This document shows positions 11,094-19,868 of a stretch of 64,000 nucleotides of DNA, piece by piece. The notes beneath the pieces are model-generated. The model was not told where the DNA came from and did not search any database. It saw only the letters and a program-made list of their open reading frames with translations. This stretch comes from an uncultured Christensenellaceae bacterium (GTDB lineage: Bacteria; Bacillota; Clostridia; Christensenellales; CAG-314). Position numbers and translations under genes: made by a program. Positions within the stretch are counted from its first letter, which is position 1, and each line of letters begins with the position of its first letter. The DNA is taken from contig CAJUIV010000006.1 of the NCBI GenBank assembly GCA_910586905.1, positions 7,157 through 71,156 of the forward strand, written 5' to 3'.

Positions 11094-11152
11094 ATAAATT
11101 ACCTTTAAACGCAAAAAGGAGCTTTTATGTCAAAAGCTCCGTAATTTGCATT

Positions 11153-11506
11153 TTACTTCAAGTTGGCTTTTGCCGTTTCGGCAAGTTTAGCAAACGTCGA
11201 CGCGTCGCTTACCGCAATTTCTGCCAATGATTTTCTGTTTAAATCGATATTAGCAAGTTTTAAACCGTACATAAGCTTGCTGTACGAAAGTCCGTTAGCG
11301 TGAGCAGCCGCATTGATACGAGCAATCCACAAGCTTCTCATATCGCGTTTTCTGAGTCTTCTTCCTACGTATGCGTAATTACCGCTTTTCATAACCGCTT
11401 CGCGAGCGATACGATAGTTAGTCGATTTAAGTCCGAAATAGCCTTTAGCGGCTCTCAAAATTTTTCTACGTTTTTTTACTGCGTTTACACCGCGTTTAAT
11501 TCTCAT
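11153..11506 (-). CDS. rplT: 50S ribosomal protein L20
   Basis: MRIKRGVNAVKKRRKILRAAKGYFG is canonical L20. Confidence 0.95.
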   Translation of the reverse strand: MRIKRGVNAVKKRRKILRAAKGYFGLKSTNYRIAREAVMKSGNYAYVGRRLRKRDMRSLWIARINAAAHANGLSYSKLMYGLKLANIDLNRKSLAEIAVSDASTFAKLAETAKANLK

Positions 11507-11521
11507 TTTATTTCCCTCCTA

Positions 11522-11716
11522 TTAGTACGGCAACATGTGCTTTATCGTATTAGCTTTGGTTTCGTCAACGTAAGCGGTACTACGAAGGTTACGTGTTCTC
11601 TTGGTCGTTTTTTTGCCAAGCTTGTGATTTTTGTTACATTGAGCGCGTTTAACTTTACCGCTCTTTAAAACGACAAATCTTTTTTTAGATGCGCTATGCG
11701 TTTTTTGTTTAGGCAT
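11522..11716 (-). CDS. rpmI: 50S ribosomal protein L35
   Basis: MPKQKTHSASKKRF...GKVKR is canonical L35. Confidence 0.95.
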   Translation of the reverse strand: MPKQKTHSASKKRFVVLKSGKVKRAQCNKNHKLGKKTTKRTRNLRSTAYVDETKANTIKHMLPY

Positions 11717-11742
11717 ATATTTGTCCTCCCAATTATTTTTTG

Positions 11743-12249
11743 CTAATTTAACGGCGCAAGAAACATAGATATATTTCTTCCTTCCGCAACAGGCTGTTTA
11801 TCTATTTTGGCAACGTCGGCAAGTATTTCCGCAAATTTCTTCATCACTTCTATACCTTGATTGGAATACGCTTGCTGTCTGCCGCGCATACGAATCGTAG
11901 CTTTTACCTTATTGCCGTCTTTAAGAAATTTACGCGCTATGTTCGCCTTCGTATTCAAGTCGCCTATGTCTATCGTCATAGAAAGCCAAACTTCCTTGAT
12001 TTCGATAGTTTTTTGGTTGCGCTTCATCTCTTTTTCTTTTTTATTCTGCTCGTATTTATACTTGCTGTAATCCATTATCTTGCATACGGGCGGAACCGAA
12101 TTGGGAGAAATTTTTACCAAGTCCAATCCGTCATCGTCTGCAATACGCTGCGCTTCGTATGCGGAAACAATGCCAAGCTGTTGTCCGTCCGCACCTATAA
12201 GTCGAATTTCCCTATCCCTAATCTGGGTATTAGTTTGAAGCTCTTTTAT
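11743..12249 (-). CDS. infC: Translation initiation factor IF-3, probable ATA start
   Basis: The IF-3 sequence starts at IKELQTNTQIRDREIRLIGADGQQLG. The in-frame ATA at 12249 lies 8 nt after AGGAGG. The 65 upstream codons of the tracked ORF are not IF-3-like and overlap leader structures. Confidence 0.85.
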   Translation of the reverse strand: MKELQTNTQIRDREIRLIGADGQQLGIVSAYEAQRIADDDGLDLVKISPNSVPPVCKIMDYSKYKYEQNKKEKEMKRNQKTIEIKEVWLSMTIDIGDLNTKANIARKFLKDGNKVKATIRMRGRQQAYSNQGIEVMKKFAEILADVAKIDKQPVAEGRNISMFLAPLN

Positions 12250-12402
12250 AACCGTATCCTCCTGCGAGCAAATAAAAAGTGTGGCACAAACAAAAATACC
12301 ACACAAGAATACGCCGTAATACGGCTGAAATTTCTTATTAACTGACCGACAAACGCAATTATTCGGCGGTGAGAAGCGGCACTTCTGCTTGATTACGATG
12401 TA
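12250..12402 (-). promoter_or_regulatory. infC-rpmI-rplT leader with terminator hairpin (L20-leader-type attenuator)
   Basis: About 150-nt leader between the promoter and infC. Hairpin gtgtggtatttttgtttgtgccacac plus a T-run (12271-12305, minus strand) sits just before the SD. L20-mediated attenuation of this operon is established in Bacillus. Confidence 0.5.
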
Positions 12403-12431
12403 ATTATAGCAAAGCCGCGGATTTTTGTCAA
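12403..12431 (-). promoter_or_regulatory. Sigma-A promoter of the infC operon
   Basis: Minus strand reads TTGACA, a 17-nt spacer, then TATAAT. The -35 box lies inside the hairpin that follows the thrS stop. Confidence 0.6.
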
Positions 12432-12475
12432 ACGTTTTCAACAAAAATCCGCGACGTTTTATTTTGCGTTACAGA

Positions 12476-14392
12476 CTACATATCCGATGATTTGTCGGAA
12501 ATTTCTTTTGCAAGCTTGTCGGCAAAATCACCGTAACTCATTACTCCCATATCGCCGTGTTTGCGGTTGCGAACGGCAACCGAATCCGATTCGCGCTCCT
12601 TTTCGCCAAGCACTAACATATAAGGAATTTTTTGCAGCTGCGCTTCTCTGATTCGATAACCCATTTTTTCGTTGCGGTCGTCTACGTCTGCGCGAATACC
12701 TGCCGATAAAAGTTTTTCGCATACTCTATGCGCGTATTCGATTTGATTTTCCGAAATAGGTATAATTTTTACCTGCTCGGGAGCAAGCCATAACGGAAAC
12801 GCGCCAGCGTAATGTTCGGTCAAAATTGCGATAAAACGTTCGATACTGCCGAATACGACGCGATGTATCATAACGGGACGATGCTTTTCTCCGTCTTGCC
12901 CTACGTAAGTAAGGTCGAAACGCTCCGGCATTTGAAAATCGAGCTGAATAGTCCCGCATTGCCAAGTACGTCCGATACTGTCTTCCAAATGGAAATCGAT
13001 TTTCGGTCCGTAAAACGCGCCGTCGCCTTCGTTAACTTCATAGTCTTTTCCAAGAGTTTCAAGCGCTTTCTTAAGCGCGTCTGTAGCTGTTTCCCATTGC
13101 TCGTCCGTTCCCATACTATTCTCCGGACGGGTTGACAATTCCAGCTTATACTTAAAACCGAAAACACTGTAAAAACTATCGATAAGGCGCACGACTCCTT
13201 CAATTTCGCTTTCAATCTGTTCCGGAGTCATAAATATGTGAGCGTCGTCCTGCGTAAAACACCTTACGCGCATAAGTCCGTGCAAAGCGCCGCTAAGTTC
13301 GTGGCGATGTACTAATCCAAGTTCTGCCATACGCTCGGGTAAATCGCGGTAACTGTGAGGTTTGCGCTTATAAGCCAGCATTCCTCCTGGACAGTTCATA
13401 GGTTTGATGGCGTAATCGTCATCGTCTATTTTGACGACGTACATATTGTCTTTATAGTGGTCCCAGTGTCCGCTACGGTGCCATAAGTCCTGATTCAAAA
13501 TCATCGGGGTTTTAACTTCTTCATAACCGGCTTTAGTATGTTCTTCTCTCCAAAAGTTTTCAAGCTGATTACGTAAAATCATACCTTTGGGGAAGAAAAA
13601 CGGAAATCCCGGTCCTTCGTCGAAAATATCGAACAAATCAAGCTCCTTGCCGAGTTTCCGATGGTCGCGGCGTTTTGCTTCCTCCAAACGAGTGATATAT
13701 TCGTCCAATTCGGATTTTTTCTCGAATGCGGTACCGTAAATACGGGTTAACATTTTATTTTTAGTGTCCCCGCGCCAATAAGCTCCGGCTATACTTGTCA
13801 ATTTGAATACTTTTAACTTACCTGTTGAAGGCATATGAGGACCTCTGCATAAATCGACGTAGTCGCCCTGTCGGTAAAGCGAAACGATTTCAGCGTCTAG
13901 TTCCGACAATATTTCGACTTTATACATATCGCCGTGCTTTTTAAAAAACTCAATGGCTTCCTTTCTTGAAATTTCCTCACGAATTATAGGCAAATCCTCT
14001 TTGACTATTTTGTTCATTTCCGATTCTATTTTTTCCAAATCTTCCAAAGCTATTTGCGCGCCTTCAAAATCGATATCGTAATAAAAACCGTTTTTAATCG
14101 ACGGACCGATAGCAAATTTTGCATTTTTCCAAATTCGCGATATGGCTTGCGCCATCAAATGAGCCGTAGAATGTCGTAAAACGGCAAGACCTTCTTCGTT
14201 TTTCAAAGTAAAAACTTTAAAATCTACGTCGCAGTCAATGACCGCGGATAAATCTTTTAAAACGCCGTTAACTTCGGCGCATACCGCGTTTTTGGCAAGT
14301 CCCGACGAAATGCTTTCAGCAACTTGCAAACAAGTAACTTGAGATTCAAAACTTTTGACGCTGCCGTCCGGTAATTTTACGCTAATTGACAT
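12476..14392 (-). CDS. thrS: Threonyl-tRNA synthetase
   Basis: TGS domain, editing domain and class II core motifs. The ATG at 14392 (MSISVKLPDGS) follows SD aaggag. The longer tracked ORF runs into the T-box leader. Confidence 0.95.
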   Translation of the reverse strand: MSISVKLPDGSVKSFESQVTCLQVAESISSGLAKNAVCAEVNGVLKDLSAVIDCDVDFKVFTLKNEEGLAVLRHSTAHLMAQAISRIWKNAKFAIGPSIKNGFYYDIDFEGAQIALEDLEKIESEMNKIVKEDLPIIREEISRKEAIEFFKKHGDMYKVEILSELDAEIVSLYRQGDYVDLCRGPHMPSTGKLKVFKLTSIAGAYWRGDTKNKMLTRIYGTAFEKKSELDEYITRLEEAKRRDHRKLGKELDLFDIFDEGPGFPFFFPKGMILRNQLENFWREEHTKAGYEEVKTPMILNQDLWHRSGHWDHYKDNMYVVKIDDDDYAIKPMNCPGGMLAYKRKPHSYRDLPERMAELGLVHRHELSGALHGLMRVRCFTQDDAHIFMTPEQIESEIEGVVRLIDSFYSVFGFKYKLELSTRPENSMGTDEQWETATDALKKALETLGKDYEVNEGDGAFYGPKIDFHLEDSIGRTWQCGTIQLDFQMPERFDLTYVGQDGEKHRPVMIHRVVFGSIERFIAILTEHYAGAFPLWLAPEQVKIIPISENQIEYAHRVCEKLLSAGIRADVDDRNEKMGYRIREAQLQKIPYMLVLGEKERESDSVAVRNRKHGDMGVMSYGDFADKLAKEISDKSSDM

Positions 14393-14640
14393 ATTTTTTC
14401 TCCTTAAAATAAAAATATCCTTATGAGACAATCTCATAAGGACGAAAAAAATTCCGTGGTTCCACCTTATTTGACGGCAAAGCCGCCCGCTTATTTTTTC
14501 TACTTTCGCAAGAAAAACGCGCACCACGCAAAGCGGTATTCGATAGGTTCGTTTGCAACTCTCTCAGCAACGGTCGCTCTCTGTAAAACTACGTCTACCA
14601 AACGTGTCTTTACGTATAATGTATTTTTCTTACATTTTAG
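14393..14640 (-). promoter_or_regulatory. T-box leader (Thr) with terminator/antiterminator
   Basis: Minus strand carries AGAGA and GAGAG stem-I elements, then the T-box core AAGGTGGAACCACGGAA (14451-14470). A terminator hairpin tccttatgagattgtctcataagga plus T-run follows (14418-14442). ACC triplets occur in the stem-I region (14535-14537, 14546-14548); the fold was not checked. Confidence 0.85.
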
Positions 14641-14668
14641 TACCGAAAAAAAATAATGTCAACTGATT

Positions 14669-15421
14669 TCAGTCTACTTTTATATACTCTGCAAAAAATA
14701 ACCGGTCCAACATTTTACAAAATTCTTCACTAGGTTTCTTGGTGTAATACACTTTTACGTTGCGAGGCTTTAAACATATTATGTTAAGCATCGCCTCTTC
14801 TTCGATATCGGCTGATTTTGCAAGCGAATATATCTTTTCGATAATCCTATCGTTTTGACCGTATATTATAAAGCCGTCGGGTTCAAAACTAACCGAAATC
14901 GTTTTTTCTTTTGTAGACATCGAATCCAGCAAATACTCGACAAACTCGGCTATCAAATCGTTATCGGTCAAAATGAAGCCGTTATCGCCTACAAGTTTGG
15001 ATATTTCCAACCATTTTTTCTTGATATGCGACAGCTTAAAGTTGAAATATCCGTCTAAACATACTGTTCTGTCGGTATCCACCACGCGCGATATCATCTG
15101 CTTGTCGTATTCGTTATCAAAAATACAAATTGTGTTAACCAGCACGTTTTGATAAAAATTATCGCCGTCGATATTTAATAGCTCGCGCATATATACGTTT
15201 TTGTATCCTAACGATAACGCTTCGGTTACGGCGGCGTTTAAACAACGCCCGATTTGAAATCTGTAGGTATCCGCGCACGCTACGGAATAATAATTTCTGA
15301 AATTATCGGCAACTTCCGTAGCAATACCGTCTATCTCGTGAATGCAAGGCGCGAGCTGCGTTTTGACATAAGATAACAAGTGTTCGTTTTGTTTTTCGAT
15401 ATTTACCGTTGATTCATACAT
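14669..15421 (-). CDS. ytxC: YtxC-like protein (putative sporulation protein), assigned mainly by synteny
   Basis: 250 aa, cytoplasmic, directly upstream of thrS. That is where ytxC sits in Bacillus and Clostridia. I recognised no diagnostic motif. Confidence 0.45.
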   Translation of the reverse strand: MYESTVNIEKQNEHLLSYVKTQLAPCIHEIDGIATEVADNFRNYYSVACADTYRFQIGRCLNAAVTEALSLGYKNVYMRELLNIDGDNFYQNVLVNTICIFDNEYDKQMISRVVDTDRTVCLDGYFNFKLSHIKKKWLEISKLVGDNGFILTDNDLIAEFVEYLLDSMSTKEKTISVSFEPDGFIIYGQNDRIIEKIYSLAKSADIEEEAMLNIICLKPRNVKVYYTKKPSEEFCKMLDRLFFAEYIKVD

Positions 15422-15484
15422 AATTGTAGTTTATGCAATATTACGATTTTTTATATTGTTGCGACAAATTAAGCCAATGTTTTT

Positions 15485-16198
15485 TTACTTCTGCTTAACG
15501 ATTTTCATAGAATACGTCCACTGTTTATCAATCTCCGATACTCTAAAAGATTCTCTCATCTTTTGCAATGCTTTATTATAAGAAAAAACATTAAATATTT
15601 GTCTTGCGTCGTTTTGCATAAATTCTACAGTTTGGTTTCTGCAGAACGCCATAGCCGTAGCCGTAAGCCAAGCAACCGCAACGTCTACGTAGTACTCGCC
15701 CCATATTTTTATTTGTTTTAAAGATTCAAATACTCTATATATGTATACATCGTCAAGATAATTAGACAGCAAATTAACAATACCGTATCTGCACACAAAC
15801 TGTTTGTCGCTGCTTAAAAGGCTGCTAAAAAATTCGAAATAGTTATCTTTTTCGTCGTTCGGTACTTTCACAACGCTACAATCACATACAGCCCAATTCT
15901 CTATCGATAATATAAATTCGGATAAAATCCGAGTTTTTTTATCGAAGGGCAAGCTTGCTCCGGACAATACGATGCCTTTCAATAAATCGGTTTCGTAGTA
16001 TTCGTTTTCAGGTAAATCGATAACCTCCTCCCATGTAAATAACTTGGCAAGTTTACGTAAAACAGGCACTCTGCATCCGATAGTTTTAACTCCGGTATTA
16101 AGTAGTTTACTATTAAAAGAATTGTACTTTTCATCAGAATTTTTAAATAAAACAGTCAATAAATCTTGATAATTCAACTTTAAATCTCCAAATAGCAA
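15485..16198 (-). CDS. DNA alkylation repair protein (AlkD-like HEAT-repeat)
   Basis: Pattern ...GCRVPVLRKLAK...NWAVCD...VAVAWL...KALQKMRES is typical of the family. The start is uncertain: TTG at 16198, with a nearby out-of-frame ATG at 16209. Confidence 0.65.
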   Translation of the reverse strand: MLFGDLKLNYQDLLTVLFKNSDEKYNSFNSKLLNTGVKTIGCRVPVLRKLAKLFTWEEVIDLPENEYYETDLLKGIVLSGASLPFDKKTRILSEFILSIENWAVCDCSVVKVPNDEKDNYFEFFSSLLSSDKQFVCRYGIVNLLSNYLDDVYIYRVFESLKQIKIWGEYYVDVAVAWLTATAMAFCRNQTVEFMQNDARQIFNVFSYNKALQKMRESFRVSEIDKQWTYSMKIVKQK

Positions 16199-16273
16199 AA
16201 GTTTTTCATAATTGATAAAAACAAAAAAACTGCCGCCAACTAAACGTCAGCGACAATTTTAACGTTGCGAATA

Positions 16274-16507
16274 TTATTTCTGCTGAGCTTCGATATACTT
16301 TACGATTGCATCTACCGTAACCAAATCGTTAGCTACTTCGTCTGGCACGGTTATTCCGAAATTATCTTCCAAAGACATAAGAAGTTCTACCATATCCAAA
16401 CTGTCGGCACCCAAATCTTGTACGATATTTGATTCGAGAGTAATTGTATTCGGGTCTTCGATATTTAACGCTTCGGCAAGTAATTTTTGAACTTTTTCGA
16501 AAATCAT
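16274..16507 (-). CDS. acpP: Acyl carrier protein
   Basis: 77 aa with the LGADSLDMVEL phosphopantetheine-attachment motif. Confidence 0.9.
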   Translation of the reverse strand: MIFEKVQKLLAEALNIEDPNTITLESNIVQDLGADSLDMVELLMSLEDNFGITVPDEVANDLVTVDAIVKYIEAQQK

Positions 16508-16574
16508 AAGATAAATTCCTCCTATTCAATTAGATTTATTATATTACACCTCTAAAAATTTTACAAGTAATTTG

Positions 16575-16602
16575 ACAAATTTTATATCTGTTTCATACTA
16601 TT
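16575..16602 (+). promoter_or_regulatory. AC-N17-CATACTAT motif (mother-cell sigma-K/E-like promoter candidate)
   Basis: AC at 16575-16576, a 17-nt spacer, then CATACTAT at 16594-16601. The ORF ATG is at 16607. Confidence 0.4.
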
Positions 16603-16606
16603 TATT

Positions 16607-16822
16607 ATGAACTGTAGAAATAGCGGACGTTTTTTAAACGAAGAAACATATTTAAATACCGTTTGCAAAACAAGACGACGTCCTCCTTGCAAACCAAAAA
16701 AAAGACCGGAAGGAAATTGTTTGGAATGTTCTTACAGAACGCCTTGCGGAAGACTTACTTTGCGGTGCGATAATCACTCGACGGGAATATGCATAGATAT
16801 AGATAATTGTAAAAAATTCTAA
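16607..16822 (+). CDS. Hypothetical 71-aa basic cysteine-rich protein (possibly leaderless)
   Basis: 9 Cys in 71 aa, and rich in R/K/P. There is no SD, because the ATG lies 5 nt after the promoter-like motif. The stop is followed at once by a strong hairpin. Coding status is uncertain. Confidence 0.35.
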   Translation: MNCRNSGRFLNEETYLNTVCKTRRRPPCKPKKRPEGNCLECSYRTPCGRLTLRCDNHSTGICIDIDNCKKF

Positions 16823-16823
16823 T

Positions 16824-16865
16824 AAAAGCAAAAAAACAAGGCGTAAACCTTGTTTTTTTGCTTTT
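16824..16865. terminator. Bidirectional terminator
   Basis: Perfect 18-bp arms aaaagcaaaaaaacaagg / ccttgtttttttgctttt with a 6-nt loop, between convergent ORFs. Confidence 0.75.
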
Positions 16866-17133
16866 ACAAATCGTCCGCGTCTTGTACGGGATTTGCATAT
16901 TTTCCCCAACCTACCGGGTTGCCGGTGTAGCTACCAGACGGGTCCGAGTCGCTTTCTTGCGAAGAGGATTTAGCGGAACTTTTTTTAGCGCTTTTTTTCG
17001 AAGTCGAATTGCTGCTGTTAATACTTCTTCCGCCGCAATTCTTAGTACCGCAAGATTTGCTATTCGTCGATTTTGTATTCGACGTCTTTGTGTTGGTTGA
17101 TTTTGTGTTAGAACTGTTTTTTGTAGAATTCAT
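16864..17133 (-). CDS. Hypothetical low-complexity S/T/N/K-rich small protein
   Basis: MNSTKNSSNTKSTNTKTSNTKSTNSKS...SSQESDSDPSGSYTGNPVGWGKYANPVQDADDL. AGGAGG lies 11 nt upstream of the ATG at 17133. Confidence 0.5.
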   Translation of the reverse strand: MNSTKNSSNTKSTNTKTSNTKSTNSKSCGTKNCGGRSINSSNSTSKKSAKKSSAKSSSQESDSDPSGSYTGNPVGWGKYANPVQDADDL

Positions 17134-17231
17134 TTTTATCACTACCTCCTACAATTATTGTTAGCAAATTTATATAAAATAAACGGTAAAACTGAATAAA
17201 TTTAAATATTAAAAAATAATTAAATAAAGTA

Positions 17232-17270
17232 CAAACAAAAACGCTCCGTTACAATCCGTAACGAAACGTT
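17232..17270 (-). terminator. asnS terminator
   Basis: 13-bp stem that is fully paired (two G-U wobbles) only on the minus strand, followed by a T-run. Confidence 0.65.
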
Positions 17271-17285
17271 GTAAAATCAAAAAAA

Positions 17286-18680
17286 CTAAAATTGAGCGCT
17301 GCCTACAGTTCGGGGAAACGGAATAACGTCGCGAATATTGGAAACGCCCGTCAAATACATAACCAACCGTTCGAAACCCAATCCGAAGCCGGCGTGTTTC
17401 GTACCTCCGTATTTGCGTAATTCCAAATACCACCGATAATCTTCGGCGTTTAATTGCAATTCTTCCATACGTTTCATCAAAACGTCTAAACGTTCCTCTC
17501 TCTGACTGCCGCCTATAAGTTCGCCGACGCCGGGTACTAACATATCCGTAGCGGCTACGGTCTTACCGTCGTCGTTTAAACGCATATAAAAAGATTTTAT
17601 CTCCTTGGGATAATCGGTAACGAACACAGGACCTCCCACGATTTTTTCCGTCAAATACTTTTCGTGTTCCGTCGCAATATCGCATCCCCAAGATACTGGA
17701 AATTCGAATTTATCATTGTGCGGAGTCAGCAATTCGATAGCTTTAGTATACGTCATACGCACGAAATTTGAATTAACTAAGTTTGTTAAACGTTCTTTTA
17801 GTCCGTTGTCTACAAAACTGTTAAAAAATTCGATTTCATCGGGACAAACCGTAAGTATATGGTTTATAACGTATTTTATCATATCTTCGGCAAGCTGCAT
17901 ATCGTCTGTCAAATCGGCAAAAGCGATTTCCGGTTCAATCATCCAAAACTCCGCCGCATGTCGTAAAGTGTTGGATTTTTCGGCGCGGAAAGTCGGTCCG
18001 AAAGTATAAACTTTACCAAAAGCCATAGCGTACGCTTCGGCGTTCAACTGACCCGATACAGTAAGATTTGCAGATTTACCGAAAAAGTCCTTACCGTAAT
18101 CAACTCTTCCGTCTTCTGTTTTGGGAACGTTGACCATATCGAGAGTAGTAACTCTGAACATTTCTCCCGCGCCCTCGCAATCGCTGGCTGTAATTAGCGG
18201 CGTATGAACGTAGACAAAGCCGTTAGAGTTGAAAAAGCTATGCAAGGCAAAAGCCGCTTCGGAACGAACGCGCATTGTAGCCGATATCAAATTCGTACGC
18301 GGACGCAAATGAGCTATTTCACGCAAGAATTCCACGGAATGACGTTTTTTCTGTAATGGATAATCCGAAGTAGACTTACCCTCGACAGCTATACTTTCCG
18401 CTTTTATTTCCAAAGGCTGTTTATTTTGAGGAGTCAGCGCCACGCGTCCGGTAACAGTCAAAGCGCTGCCTACGTTTAACTTTGCTATTTCTTCGAAATT
18501 AGATATTTGACTTTGCTCGAATACGACTTGCAGACTTTTAAAACAACTTCCGTCGTTTAACTCAATAAAACCGAAAACTTTTGAATCTCGTATGGTTTTT
18601 ACCCATCCGCAAACCGTTATTATTTTGTCCGCGTATACGTCGGATTGAGCGAAAAGCTGTTTTATCTGAACTCTGTCCAT
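17286..18680 (-). CDS. asnS: Asparaginyl-tRNA synthetase
   Basis: Class IIb with an OB-fold N-terminus. [14 protein letters not shown] and [10 protein letters not shown] motifs, and a C-terminal PFPR. Confidence 0.95.
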   Translation of the reverse strand: MDRVQIKQLFAQSDVYADKIITVCGWVKTIRDSKVFGFIELNDGSCFKSLQVVFEQSQISNFEEIAKLNVGSALTVTGRVALTPQNKQPLEIKAESIAVEGKSTSDYPLQKKRHSVEFLREIAHLRPRTNLISATMRVRSEAAFALHSFFNSNGFVYVHTPLITASDCEGAGEMFRVTTLDMVNVPKTEDGRVDYGKDFFGKSANLTVSGQLNAEAYAMAFGKVYTFGPTFRAEKSNTLRHAAEFWMIEPEIAFADLTDDMQLAEDMIKYVINHILTVCPDEIEFFNSFVDNGLKERLTNLVNSNFVRMTYTKAIELLTPHNDKFEFPVSWGCDIATEHEKYLTEKIVGGPVFVTDYPKEIKSFYMRLNDDGKTVAATDMLVPGVGELIGGSQREERLDVLMKRMEELQLNAEDYRWYLELRKYGGTKHAGFGLGFERLVMYLTGVSNIRDVIPFPRTVGSAQF

Positions 18681-18683
18681 ATA

Positions 18684-19868
18684 TTAACCTCTCATTTTTC
18701 TCAAAAACGGCGGTATGCTGGGGTCCTCGTCTACAGAAACCGTTCCGCTGATAGGACGCTGTTCTCCGCCTGCGGGAAAATACGAAGAAGAATTGCCGAC
18801 AGTACTTTGAGTCTGCAACGTTGCTGCTCCTTGCGGTTTTCCGTTCGCACCGGTAACGTTGTTTCTTTGAATATTGGTAGCCGCAACGTGGGTGGCCGCT
18901 TCACTGCTGAAAAACGACGCTTTATCATCGTTCTTACCCGAAAATCCAGTGGCAATCAAAGTAACCTGAACTTCGTCTTTCATATTTTCGTCAAACCCCA
19001 CGCCGAACAAAACGTTCGCATCGGGAGAAATAACTTGTCTAACCAAATCCACGCCTACGATAACTTCGTCTAACGATAAATCCTCTCCTCCGCGGAAATT
19101 AACTATCAAAGACGAAGCGCCCTGAATTGTAGTTTCAAGCAACGGAGAGTACACTGCTTTTCGTATAGCGTCGATTGTTTTGTTTTTTCCTTTGCCGTCT
19201 CCTACGCCCATATGAGCCATACCGCTGTTGCGCATTACGCATTTTACGTCGGCAAGGTCAAGATTGATTCGTCCGTCCTGTACTACTATATCCGTTATAC
19301 CGCGAATACCTTGCAACAAAATTTCGTCGGCTTTTGTAAAAGCGTCCATAATAGAAAAGTTTTTATCGCGGTTGAGTTTTTCGTTTTGAACTATAACAAG
19401 AGCGTCGACGTTACCTTTTAAATTTTCTATACCCAGCTCGGCGTTTTTCATCCGACGGGTACCCTCGAAATTGAAAGGCTTCGTAACGACCGCAATCGTC
19501 AAAATTTCCAATTCCTTGGCTATTTGAGCCACAACGGGCGCCGCTCCCGTTCCTGTTCCGCCGCCCATACCGGCAGCGATAAACAGCAAATCAACACCCT
19601 GCAAAGCGGATTGGATTTTTTCTTTGCTTTCTAAAGCCGCGGCTTTACCTACTTCCGGGTTCGCGCCTGCGCCGAGTCCTTTCGTCAATTTTTCCCCGAT
19701 AGGCATCTTTTTAGCCGCCAATTTGGAAAGCGCTTGCTGGTCTGTATTCAAAGCTAAAAATTCGACGTTTCGTATACCCGATTTCATCATTGCGTTTACT
19801 GCGTTTCCTCCGCCGCCGCCAACTCCGACAATCATTATTTTTGCTATACTTCCGTTCATGTTATCCAT
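18684..19868 (-). CDS. ftsZ: Cell division protein FtsZ
   Basis: GVGGGGGNAVN, GMGGGTGTGAAPVVA, and the C-terminal peptide DPSIPPFLRK. Confidence 0.95.
   Translation of the reverse strand: MDNMNGSIAKIMIVGVGGGGGNAVNAMMKSGIRNVEFLALNTDQQALSKLAAKKMPIGEKLTKGLGAGANPEVGKAAALESKEKIQSALQGVDLLFIAAGMGGGTGTGAAPVVAQIAKELEILTIAVVTKPFNFEGTRRMKNAELGIENLKGNVDALVIVQNEKLNRDKNFSIMDAFTKADEILLQGIRGITDIVVQDGRINLDLADVKCVMRNSGMAHMGVGDGKGKNKTIDAIRKAVYSPLLETTIQGASSLIVNFRGGEDLSLDEVIVGVDLVRQVISPDANVLFGVGFDENMKDEVQVTLIATGFSGKNDDKASFFSSEAATHVAATNIQRNNVTGANGKPQGAATLQTQSTVGNSSSYFPAGGEQRPISGTVSVDEDPSIPPFLRKMRG

Noticed and set aside
12250-12444. 65-codon N-terminal extension of the infC ORF (MLKTFDKNPRLCYNY...).
   Set aside because: It is not IF-3-like, and it overlaps the promoter, leader and attenuator hairpin. 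The SD sits just before the internal ATA.
12528-13215. Arg-rich alternative-frame ORFs inside thrS (12528-12722, 12726-12965, 12901-13215).
   Set aside because: They are embedded in a well-supported thrS frame. Their composition (R/S-rich) is typical of out-of-frame reading of CpG-rich coding DNA.
14423-14656. 77-aa plus-strand ORF in the thrS upstream region.
   Set aside because: It lies antisense to a well-defined T-box leader and has no SD.
16652-16909. 85-aa minus-strand ORF overlapping the Cys-rich plus-strand ORF.
   Set aside because: It reads straight through the 18-bp terminator hairpin and into the neighbouring gene, so it is unlikely to be expressed.
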